Below, piece after piece: positions 52,426 through 64,000 of a stretch of DNA of 64,000 nucleotides. The position numbers and the translations under genes were made by a program. The notes under the pieces were generated by a model. The model made no database searches. It was not told the DNA's origin and was given only the letters and a program-made list of their open reading frames with translations. The DNA comes from Octopus bimaculoides (lineage: Eukaryota). Within the stretch, counting starts at the first letter, position 1; every line of letters starts with the position of its first letter. The DNA is taken from positions 50,689,756-50,753,755 of the forward strand of contig NC_068992.1 in assembly GCF_001194135.2 (NCBI RefSeq), in the 5' to 3' direction.

Positions 52426-54299
52426 ATTGCACGTATCAATAAATTTTTGATAACATATAGGTATGGATACCATGATTTTGGAAAAAAAAATAAACATCAT
52501 CTAATGCTCTCTTTATACAATAATTTCGATAGCTGCTGTCCGAAGATATTCCAGATCGATTTGAAAGTGTTATTCGATCAGCAGATAGGATGCATCGTGA
52601 TATTTTCCGCCCCGTGACAACTGAGTTCACATCCAGCCGAGATCAACTTCACTTTTCTTTTTTTTTCAGATCGTTGAACAAACTCAGGAGATGCAGTACT
52701 AACTGAAATGTGTCACCCACCATATCTCTCTAGCAGATGCCGTAGATACAATGTTTGTGAAAAGGTTAAAGAATAGGTGATCACTGCTTGACGCCTTTGA
52801 TCGCAAGGTTTGCATCTCAAAATATGTCCTGGTCCAAACAAGTAATACTAATAATATAAATTTCGTCCTTTTTATATAGTTTATACGGTAACACATACTA
52901 CTGTGGAATCCCAATATAAAATGTGCCATGACCAAATTTTATTTAGCTTTTGTAATATTTCATTTATTGGTTTATAAATTTATGTGAAGGAAATTGATAA
53001 AGCAAGCGTTTTACATTTTTGACAATCATCTTGAATAATAACTAAATTTTGGGGTTAGTGTTTGTTATATCACTTGCTCGATTTCAATACAAGCTTTCTC
53101 GAGCTAGAACGAATTTAAATATGACTATCGTTCAAGTATTGAAGCAATTTCCTTCGAATCACAACATTCTTCTCGTAACGATAATATTAAAATGCAATTA
53201 AAAAAAAAAATGAAACACTCAAAGTACGCATTCCATTTCAAGGAATAACCAAACAATTTATATTCAGTCATGTCAGAATTGAATATCAGTTAACTGGATT
53301 TACTTCATAAAATAACATTGTGTACGGTTTACATTTTCTTTCTTAAATATTCTAACTGTTAATAGTTCTTTTAATCAGAATTTTGAAATTTCATTTTGTA
53401 ATGAAAGACGTAAATATTATTACAAACACATCATGTTCAGATGGGCAGACATTCAAATGATTCCGTTAAGAGAACAATGAAAATCAAATACTCACAAAGC
53501 GTCATGCTAATCGGTATAAGAAGTGGGAATAAATTGCAAATATTTGGGAGATAAAAGAATCACTTAAATTAAATTTAAGGTTATTAAATTTATGAATTTA
53601 TCAATCACTATTAAATTGTATGCGGAGCGTTCTCTATTTCAACGGCACAAAATAATATGATGGATTTCACTAATGGTACCAACACTAACGGGAAGCCTTA
53701 AATTGAAATTTCAGCCATAAATCTGTTTGAGAAGATAATCGAGGTTTTGATCAGTTTAAATTGTCGATATACTGATATTATCAAGGAAGTATGGCTATCC
53801 TGATTATAATAACAATGTTTTGCAAATTCATTGGCTTTGTAGTCAGAAGCTATCGAAGTTAATTTTAATTTGCTAACTTAAAAAAAAAAAATGTAAAACA
53901 GTTGCAGAAAAAAATTCAAATAAATTTATCTGGCATTAAGTAAGAGTTATTGGACAATGTAATATCCGATAAAATACATGTTGCATATGCTATTTTGCAA
54001 ATCATATCAACTTTATTAGAAAGCCCAATTTTAAAGATTAAAAAGAAGAATAAAAATAACGAATGAAAATTGAATGGAGTTCAACCCAGAGCGCAACATA
54101 TCATATGTGGAACATTTACATCGATTTCTGATTATGGAAAAATGTTGAACCGGTAGATAGTTATAAGGCAAATATACAGGGTACATGAGATAGTTGAGGA
54201 TATATTGTAATTTAATAAAATAAATCAAATCTACATTGTACCAAATATATTATGATAAAAAATTATGCGTGTATTTTCGATAAGTTTTCTTATAAGATT

Positions 54300-55200
54300 A
54301 TTTTATGAATCTGTCGTCAGCTCCGATGTGTACTTCATTGCTGGATCAGAAATTTTGATATGCTTGCCCTAAATAGCGCGTATTCTTTTCGGAAATAGCT
54401 CGACAACAGCGGTCTTCTGGGAAACTATATTAGTTTGAGAATGTTGATTAATCACCTTTTCAACAACACTCCAATAGTATGATCGAAATCTACCGGTTTC
54501 GAAACCACAACATTGTTGTCACATGATTAAATATCGTCTGACATCTATTCTTGAGTTACGTGGACTTTGTGAGCTGGTGAGACATGTTGAAAAACGAATG
54601 AACTTCCACAACATACATTAGCCATCCTGTGCATTACAATGTACGTAGCAGCATTACTTCAAATACCTTTAGAGACATGAGAGTTGGCAAAATATGACGT
54701 TCGTTGCTTGCCACTGCTACGACTATCACACTTGCAAGACAATTAGTGAACATCAACCCATAAGACATCAGAAGGATATGCACAGAAATATCGGTCTGAC
54801 CTACTGTTTCTTGTTAGAGCTTTGGCCTTGGTCGAAGTTGATTCTTATCTGAGATAAACAAAGCATGTCACGATCGCGAGAGTTTTCGACTTTGTTAGGT
54901 CGCAGTTTGGTTCGATTTTTCTATGTTTCTGAATACATGTCTTGGCTTCTTCTCAGTACATACGACATTTATCGAATGTCAACGTGCTCCACAATTCTGA
55001 AACTTTCCTCCGATATCTGAAGTTTTTTGGCACTGGCTCTCATTGTACTTCCGGGTCATCATCGATAACATTTCGATCCGTCGGGTGAATTATTTTGTCC
55101 TTATAGTGTCTGAACATTTGGAATGTCTTTTTTTTTCTTATTCTTTGATACATTTGAAACATTCTTCCTTGAGGGCGTGCATTTGTGTATATATTATAAC
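54300..55200 (-). mobile_element. Highly decayed maT (DD37D, Bmmar1-like) transposase relic
   Basis: Across frameshifts: IDDDP..TMRASAKKLQISEESFRIVEHVDIR*MSYVLRRSQ...SDK.NFDQ...LASVIVVAVASNERH...NAATYI...SFVFQHVSPAHKVHVTQE*...YWSVVEKVINQH. Confidence 0.8.
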
Positions 55201-56163
55201 ATTCCAGTTAATCGGGAATTCACGTTTTATCTGACCATTTATTTGTTGAACATCTAAGCCACATGTCATAAAAATACAAAAAAATAGAATGCACCATGTC
55301 GAATACAATGCGAATCAATACTAAACTGCAGGTGGTTGCTTGTCGTACAGAAGATGCGAATGAAAAAGCACTGGAGCATAACTGAAAGATAATCATTCCA
55401 CAGGCATCTGAATGTAACTCACGGCTAAAGGATGCGAGTGAATATGAATTAAGTATTCAAATTCCCAAATACATATATTTCAGTAAAGGATCAACTATCT
55501 GGCATTACAGCATGTCTTGATTTAACAGAAGAAAGAAAATGATCTTTTCATGAGTTGATTGTTACTTGTACAAGAAATAAAGAATATCGATAGGAAATGC
55601 TTTGAATATAAAGGGATTAGAGAATCGTAAACAGCACGAGTATTACGGTGCCTTGTGCTAGCTTTAGGGTTTCGATGTCATTATTGTTATAGCTAGAATT
55701 CTATGCTTACCTATTCTGACAGAGGTAAGTGAAAGACAAAATGTTAACATCAAAATCAATCCTCAGCTGTTTTTATAGCTATATAAATACCTACCGGAGT
55801 GGTGTTGTTGTAGGTAGACCAGATTTGTTGGTAGTCGCTGTATAAACACAGGAGTAAAAATGTGCTACAATGTAAGTCAGAGAACAGGGAAATTACCCGG
55901 ATATCGTCATAGATTTTAAACACTAATATATGGAAGGTACCGAAATAGTTGAGTTCTTCAGTGGATAACCAATGACGTGAGAACTGCAGTGCAAGTTTTT
56001 CAGTATAGTGTTTACGTGGCATATTTTAACTACATCATTCTACGTTCGTCTTTAATTAGCTTACCCCTGTTACTAGTTAAAATGTTGAGCAATTTCTTTG
56101 AATATTTTGTTCACGTAAACTAAAATTGTACATGGGAGTGTTAGTTTATATCATTCCTGCTGA

Positions 56164-56213
<50 letters not shown>
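56164..56213. repeat. (ACT)n microsatellite
   Basis: Perfect array. Confidence 0.97.
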
Positions 56214-57202
56214 TATCACAAACAAATATATATGTTTCTGTATATATGTGTGTGTACCAGAATATATGTCTAGATATATACACAACCAAAACATGTATAT
56301 ATACTTTTGCAATTATACATATATATGTGTGTGTGTGTGTGTGCATGTATGTGTGTGTGTGCGTGTGTGCGTACCTGTATATGTGCGTGTGTATATATAT
56401 ATATATACATGTACGTGCATATATATANNNNNNNNNNNNNNNNNNNNNNNNNNNNNNNNNNNNNNNNNATATATATATATATATAGATGAATATACAAAT
56501 ATAGATTTGTGCGTGTGTACGTATGCATGTGATCGTGTGTGCATACATTTATATCCAGAAACATCCAATGGGCCAGTAGCAAGAATTTGGATAATTGTGT
56601 TATAAGGTAATGTGCTGAATGCTGTACTGAATAACTACCTAATTTAATGAAATTTTCTTTTGAGTAAGCGAAAGGAAATGAAATCCCGTTGGTAATTATT
56701 AGAGATTCTCAATGATAAGGGGAGATAATTTCAGGAAATTTAGAATATATTTCTCAAGTGAAAATTTATACTTCAGGGAAAAGAGAATTTTTGTCTACAG
56801 GCAAGTATATTGCACTATAGATTTGGGTTCGCTTTCACCATAAAATTAAAATTTGATTTTAAATGAATTGCAATTTTATTTACCTCATTAGCTTACAGCA
56901 GAAAAAAGAGACAGACAGACAGACAGACAGACACACATATATGACGAACTAAATAACGTTTTGTTTAGTTCGTTCCGAGATGTCTCTCTTAGGAACATCT
57001 CATCGACAAGAGTCAATAAACTCGAAACATCGATTGTCTGAGATTCCCGAGAGATGGGGACACTGAACGAACTGAGTGTTTTCACACCTTTTTACCATAA
57101 AAGAGATTTTTCTCCCCGGTAACTGCAGTGTACGTGCATTTATAACTTGAAATATGTGACAAACATATTTCAATTAACCTAAATTTTGAATATTTATATA
57201 TA

Positions 57203-57330
57203 TACAGGGTGATTCAAAAGTCACTATACATAGGAATTTTTTTTTTTTTTATAAGTTTTATAAGAAACAGTTAAATAAGAAAAACTGTTTCTTATAAGAA
57301 AAAACAAACTGTTTTTATGTATGGCAACTA
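57203..57330 (+). mobile_element. Tc1/mariner-type single terminal fragment
   Basis: TA|CAGGGTGATTCAAAAGTCACTATACA terminus plus a 15-bp internal hairpin (57258-57272 and 57283-57297). No partner TIR found. Confidence 0.5.
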
Positions 57331-57432
57331 TACGTGTGTGTGCGCTTGTTTTTATATATAACTATAATTAAACAAGCTGTACTCTTTCACTACAACTTTC
57401 TCTTACTATTTCCTCCCTGTTTCTGTTTTACC

Positions 57433-57551
57433 TGTGTCACGCTGAAACTCCCTGGAACTACGTTAAGGGTACACGTATCTGTGGAGTGCTCAGTCACTTG
57501 CACGTTAATTTCACGAGTAGGCTGTTCCGTTGATCGGATCAACTGGAACCC
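57433..57551 (+). mobile_element. SINE family A, truncated copy
   Basis: gttaagggtacacgtatctgtggagtgctcagtcacttgcacgttaatttcacgagtaggctgttccgttgatcggatcaact aligns with 1230-1320. Confidence 0.88.
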
Positions 57552-58684
57552 ATAACGTACGTACGTATGTATGTGTGTATGCATGTATGGTTGTATGTAT
57601 GTGTATATGTATGTGTGTATGTATGTATGTATGTATGTGTCTATTAATGTTTCATTTTATGTTCAGTTAAAATAGAGACATTTACATCAATCTGAAGGGT
57701 CACTCCATACTTTCGTAGAGTATATATTTAGTACGACGATGGCTTAGCTGGCCGTAACTTCGAAGTCATTATCAATACTATTCTTGCTAAAGAACTATAT
57801 GTACATATATATTCACTTTGCATATTTCTCGCAACAATGCATATTCATCATCCTTCCACCTCACCAACTAAATATGCTTCATGAGTATTACTTATTGTAA
57901 TTTTATTCAAATACACATGCTTGATGTTATAGTGCAATTAATAATTAAAATAATTACAATCAATAAGTCCTTATGGACTATGACAATTTTCTCTCTGTGT
58001 GTCTCTGTGTCTGTCTCTCTTTTGTTACATCTCTGTCATTCTCTATCTTGGTCTTGCATCATTTTTCTCTGTTTCGCTCACATATTTCATTCACAAAACG
58101 TAATAAAATAAAACTGTAGTATAGAATAGTATTAATTTCTCTCTATTTCACTTTTATCATACGACAACAATCTTGATATAAATACGAAGTTTTATCAGTT
58201 TGATCTCATTCTTTATTTTTAATTGTTCGACTTCCGGAATGGAATAATTAAATGTTTTTATCTGTTTATATGTATTACAGCTTCGTTTAGTGGGGTTTTT
58301 TTAAAGTTGTTTTATCTTTCCATTTGATAATTTGGATTGGCCTCAAATTTATCTTCTTTCAGTTAGATATAAATCATTCAATGATTAAATGCTAACAAAC
58401 AGAATACACTTGGGAAAATACGGAAGCGATTATTGCCCTTTTAATAACATGAGGGAAGCTAGTCATTTAATGATATATCGTGTCAAAATTTGATATATTA
58501 GATTGCAACTTAAGAATGGCGTAAAACCACGGAGTATTTATACATTGAATACAGTAATTAGAATTCGTAGAATAATAAAGATGGTTAATACAAATATACA
58601 TTTTCGCAAAAGATGTGCACACACACACAAACAGAAGCAAGCATAGAAACATTATATATATATATATATATATATATATACAAA

Positions 58685-59237
58685 CATGCAGGAAGTAAAC
58701 AGGCACCTTTAATTTTCAAAGTTTCTGATCTAAGCGCCCTAATATGTTTTCAGCAGTGTAGAATTTACAATATAATTATTCATTCCGGATGCCATTATAT
58801 TAAACATTTGCGAAGAGTAACTATGCCACGCACAAAAGATTCAGCAGAACTGTCAGATTTTCAGAGAGATCGTATTGTTGGGCAATCTGAAGTTGGTCTT
58901 AGCCAGCGAAATATTGCCGAAAATCTTCATACTCCTTTTGTTACTGTTAATAGAATTATAGAATTATAGTGCAATTCAAAAGCCAAGGAAACGAATTATC
59001 AGATTCCGGGCCCTCGGAAAGGAAGCTTCGCTGTTTGAAGAGATTTGTGGAAACCGCACCCCGTTCGAAGGTTTCGGACATTGCAAAACAGCTATAAGTT
59101 AGTCCAAGAACCTGTGTTACATATCTGCATAAGCTTGGGTATTATGGACGAGCAGCTAGAAGAAAACCTCTCCTTCAACCAATTAATATCAAATAAAAGA
59201 ATTTAAAAATTAAAGGTGTCTATTTACTTCCTCCATG
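58685..59237 (+). mobile_element. Internally deleted Tc1-like transposon (553 bp) with both TIRs
   Basis: 32-bp TIRs (29/32) at 58685-58716 and 59206-59237, TA on the right. [46 protein letters not shown] (HTH-like, ATG at 58823) and LGYYGRAARRKPLL. The DDE domain is absent. Confidence 0.9.
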
Positions 59238-61055
59238 TATGTGCATATATATATACATATAACAAATTAGAGAAAGAGAAAATCGAATTCATGAGATCCT
59301 TTATTCGTCAGTGCGATCGATTTGACTCATCTTGCATCGCTTCTTCGCGGTTGTAACTATGCAGCGTATCTCGTCCTACAGATATATATACAGATATATG
59401 TGTGTATGTAAATATATATTTTGTTCTTTACGATGAATCGAATTCATCATACGACATAATGGTAACCCATTTTGTTTATCCATTTTGTGTATCTAAATTA
59501 GATGTGCCTGGTATGAGTTTGGAGTGGAAATCCTGATAAAAGATAGCACAAGATCAGCAGCCGCCAAATTACGACATTGTTATTCCAATTAGATATCGGA
59601 CAATCAGATTAAAACCATATGTTTTGATATGTTTGTGTTGGAAATAATTTATTGTGATGGAAAGAATTTTTCATTTAACTGGAGACAATACACTTTTTTA
59701 ATCGGATGCTCAAAAGTTTCCGACACTTGTTGCAATCCTAGAAACTCCGAACTGTTTTTTCTGCTTTTATTTTGTGATAAACATTTTATGTATATCTACT
59801 TAATATAAGACAGCGTTGTGAGCTTCATATAAAACAACACACGAAATTCTATTGAGACATAAACATTGAATAATAATAATAATTTCTTCAGCTGCGGACA
59901 TAAAGCCACTTGTTGCTGATCGTATTTACATCAAAAATTGATATATCGAATTTATTGATCTTTGTTTTGGGGTGCAAGCTGAATGGCCAAAACATTGTAG
60001 AAAAAAAAACCCATTGGTCACCGTATCGTCAGAGTGCAGAAACAAAATGTCGTTTGGTTATTAAATATAGTCTAATATCAAAACTCCACCGATATAAAAT
60101 TTTCTTTCCTCGTTCTCAGTTTCACAAAATTAACTTCCCTTGCATCGTTAAATTCGACTGCTATTTCCAGCTTAATCCAAAATCTGAAACACTGAAACAA
60201 TCGGAAAAACCATTGTTATTTTTTTATCTAATTATTCAATAATTTCTCTTGGAACTATTTTTTTATCAAGCTAATATCACTGCCTAATGTTTTGAAGAGA
60301 GCCTTAAAGTGTTCACTTCGATGCAAGGGAACATGCGAGCCCAAATATTTCGATGCGATCTAGAATTACAACAACTATTTGAAAATGTTTATCATAAAAT
60401 TAAAAAAAGTATCTAAAGTAATTAAACTATGAATTTTTCGATACAAAGCTGAAGATATTTTCTTTCACTCCCTAAAGATGGTATTTAATCATTAGTGTGT
60501 GGAAACCTCTCCAATTATGTCTGTAACCTCGTTAGGATAGGAAAGAATGTGTCTACCATTGTCTATATGGACATTACTGCATATACATATGGGAGGCAAA
60601 TTCAAATAAAACTCACATAATCTATAACTTCTAACGGATATTCCAATGATTGTCAACCAAATACATCCTATTCCCAAGGTATTTCTGAGCACAGGGGTGT
60701 GTTGAAAGGCCGTGCCAATTGCGTCAGAACAATAAGATGAAACTGGGAACAACAATAAAAAGAAAACTTTCAAGAAAGATTAAGCGATTACTTCCAATTT
60801 TTAGCTTTATTTTATAAAACATTTATCATTGACTTTATTTCTCTATCTTATAAATTTTGTGCAATTCATAAGACGCTTTGAATACATATTCCTGTAGGTA
60901 AATATTATTCTATGAATGCTCAATACCGAAAACTTGAACAGGCCACTACGAGCAAGAAACCAGTATAAACCAGCAGTCTATTACATAGTCATTTGTACTC
61001 GATTGGTTTGTTTGGTGTCGACCTCCACAGAGAAAATCTAAAGTCTGATTCAGGA

Positions 61056-61190
61056 GGTGAATAGTAAAATTAGAACTTTGAATAGAACGCCACGCGGTAA
61101 TTGGTTCGAGTTCCTGGACTGCGAGTTCAAATCCTAGCGAGATGAACATTGCTTTTCATCCTTGCCGAGTTGATCAAAAATACGCCAGTC
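61056..61190 (+). mobile_element. Degenerate SINE family B
   Basis: gagttcaaatcctagcgagatgaacattgcttttcatccttgccgagttgatcaaaaatacgccagt. Confidence 0.55.
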
Positions 61191-63630
61191 CGGAGCAAGG
61201 GATTGTTGGTCATAAGGATTTGTATCTATCAGTCACTTATGAACCGACAGCGATGTACCTCACACAACAGATGCCAAACTGTTTCGGCATTTAAGAGCAG
61301 TTTTTTTTTTCTTGAGTGAAGATCTGTATCGTTTAGAGGTGAGACTTGTATACACGGCTGTCACATCTTTTTCAAAACAATGCATACACGTACAGTGGCG
61401 TGGCTATACTTGACCGATGAGCAGGGTGCCTAATAAATCTAAGAAATCTGAACTCAGGGTATAAAAAGGAGTAACGAAACACGGCAAGGGATTCTGTCTG
61501 AAATTTTACCGAGTCTACCATCAACCATATGTTACACGATCTACATGAAATGCCTCATAATATTTTGTAATTTGTTACGCGATCACACATACAGTCTTAT
61601 TTTTTTGTTTCTTTTGTGTTTCTTTTACTGTTATTAGAATATATGTGTTTATCGAAGTGCTTAATATATTATATCAACGGAAGTATTCATTTGAAATAAT
61701 CCTGATTCGCAATAAGTTTCGGAGCCAATTATCTTCTGAAGAAATGAGAAATATATCGTTGGCATTTCTTTCTATCTATTGAAGTTTTTATAGTTTTGTT
61801 ATTATTATTTTTCTTCTTGGTTCTTTATTTCGGCTTTGAAAATGTATTCTACTTAAATGATACGATAGTTATGAGAAAGATAGAAAGCAAAATAAAGAGT
61901 GTAAGAGGGTAAATAGATATTGAGAGAGTTTAAGAGACTGTGAATAAATGAATAGATAATAGTAATAAAAAAAAAATAACAGTGAGAAAGCGGAAAATGA
62001 GAATTGAAAACGTTGAGGGAAGAGTCATATGAGAAAGGCTTTGCATATAAGTTAATAAATAGTTCTGTTGGTTTCACACTCACACACATATACACACGCA
62101 CACACTCACGCACGCAAGCTAACACATACACTCACACACATATACGCATATATATGTATATGTGTATGCTTGCGTGCATATGCAGTGCAAGTCATTGTAT
62201 GTTAAAAAATTGTTTGCACACACATACAAACACACAGACACACATACACACACACAGACACACATACAAACACACAGACACACATACACACACACATATA
62301 TATATGTTTCTGTGGATCTTCATGAATGACATTGTATCTCGATGCAATATTTACTCTAAACTGTTACAATAAACATGCAGTTTCTCTGTATTGAAAACAT
62401 GTGCAGTGAACATGCGCACGCTGCGTGACAAACTGAATGCGACCAATAATTTATCTGAAAACCAAAAACGATATCTAAAGAATTATTTCTGAATATGGTA
62501 CTGTTTTCATACAATCTTGCTTTTCATGGAATTCTGCCTTTCTCATCATCTGCTTTTCAATAACGATTTAAATCTTGTTGATAGAATGAATATATGAAAG
62601 CAATATACACATAACCACACATATATAAATGGATGTGCAAATAAATATGCATATATATCTATGCAAACATATCTATCTATACATATATACATGCATGCAT
62701 ACATACATACGTACATGGAAACATACATACATACATGTGTATGTGTGTGTGAAGTATTTATACATATGTATATATACATACATTCATTGTAAATGTACGT
62801 AAAGATATTGGAAAAATGTATAAAACTTATTACTCTCATACACCCATATCGATACATAAAGATGCAAAGAAAGAACTAAAGATGTGTAAGTAATCGTATG
62901 AACTGCTTTCAGTTTACCTGGCTTTTAGGAAAATACAACATTCGATGGGCTGTTGCACGTGATGAAAAATGTTCTATTCAGAAGATAAATTTTCACATTA
63001 CATGTTCAATGTAAAAGAAGTAAGGCTTCTTTCAATCTATCAGACACCCTGCTGTGTGAATAGAAATCTCTAAACATTGAAATACTCGGGTCCTGAAAAA
63101 TCACATGCGCTTACTTAAAATATCGATCTCTTATTAACGAACTGCACTTTGATCATAATTAAATGAGTAAGTAAAGATGTTATGAATTACCTCACACCAC
63201 TTAATTTTTCTTAATTAAGGAGACGAAATTGAATTGATACCTGGCAAATACCCTTGCTCTAAAGAGAAACATGCATTAAAAAGTCACAACACACATACAC
63301 ACAAACTCACACACACATGCAAAGCTATAAACACGCCTAGCTTAGAATAGAGGCAGCTGATAAAGGAAAAGTTCCATAAGTGACTTGTCTGTTTTCCTAT
63401 TTATTCATTCTGTTGTCCGCACAAAGAGTCCGTTTTTTTGTGCTTTGTTTATGTTCCCGTTCCCTTTTTGTCCACGTTCTTTGACGTCCTGTACCCGGAT
63501 ATCCATCTATATATACATGTAGATGTAGNNNNNNNNNNGTCCTGTACCCGGATATCCATCTATATATACATGTAGATGTAGGTATGTACATATATGTATG
63601 TATACATGCATATGCTCATATATCATTTGT

Positions 63631-64000
63631 ATTATTATTACGATTTTTTTTTCTTCTTTCTTCAAATTTTTTCCCATTTCTCGCCGAGTGTTTTCCGTAC
63701 ACCTAGGGCAGAGAAACGTTGTATGCATTCCCAATTTACACACGCAAATTCATAGGTAAAACATGTATTTAAGAAAAAAAAAAAATCATGAATGGATGTT
63801 GTTTTCACAGCGATAATGCTCTTCTTAGTACATGAGTCGTTCCAGCTAGCACGATTTTTTGCATCTCCTGTAGAGATGGTAAGCCTGGTATCATTTTCAA
63901 ATAGATTTCAGTACCTTTTTTTATCATTCCTAGAGATCCTACAGTCACTGGTATGGTAGTCGCTTTGAGGTGCCACATTTTTTCAATTTCTATTAGCAAG
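63631..64000 (-). mobile_element. 3' end of an RLE-type non-LTR retrotransposon (R4/Dong or Hero clade), running off the window edge
   Basis: LIEIEKMWHLKATTIPVTVGSLGMIKKGTEIYLKMIPGLPSLQEMQKIVLAGTTHVLRRALSL* (stop at 63805-63807) has the MW...PVxxGxLG...QK..LGT..ILR ending of these ORFs. A 3' UTR and TAA tail follow. Confidence 0.88.

Noticed and set aside
63486-63581. Perfect 43-bp direct duplication
   Set aside because: The copies are separated by exactly 10 N, which indicates an unmerged contig overlap.

Overview
AT-rich, repeat-dense eukaryotic DNA with 11 N-gaps, most of them bordered by (TA)n or similar simple repeats. The dense (TA)/(CA)/(GA)/(TATC)/(AAT) microsatellites, three tRNA-derived SINE families, Tc1/mariner relics and RTE and RLE-type LINE relics suggest a coleoid cephalopod (Octopus-like) intronic or intergenic region from a short-read assembly (inference). 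No complete protein-coding gene can be supported. Nearly all ORFs in the supplied track are microsatellite, gap or antisense-transposon artefacts. The only host-gene candidate is a 38-codon signal-peptide-like first exon at 17248-17361, followed by a GTAAGT donor. The most unusual structure is a 604-bp foldback element at 48949-49552. It has 37-bp TIRs (36/37 match), an 8-bp flanking direct repeat, degenerate inverted arms that each carry a CCAAT box, and a central near-perfect palindrome (TAACCC)6-TA-(GGGTTA)6, i.e. two telomere seeds back to back, opposite to a telomere-fusion scar. Other notable items are a 104-bp inverted repeat pair around 37 kb, a 77-bp minimal MITE, a SINE nested in a SINE, one SINE family with two alternative tails, and a cluster of three POU octamer motifs. 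All calls were made by eye; no database searches were run.
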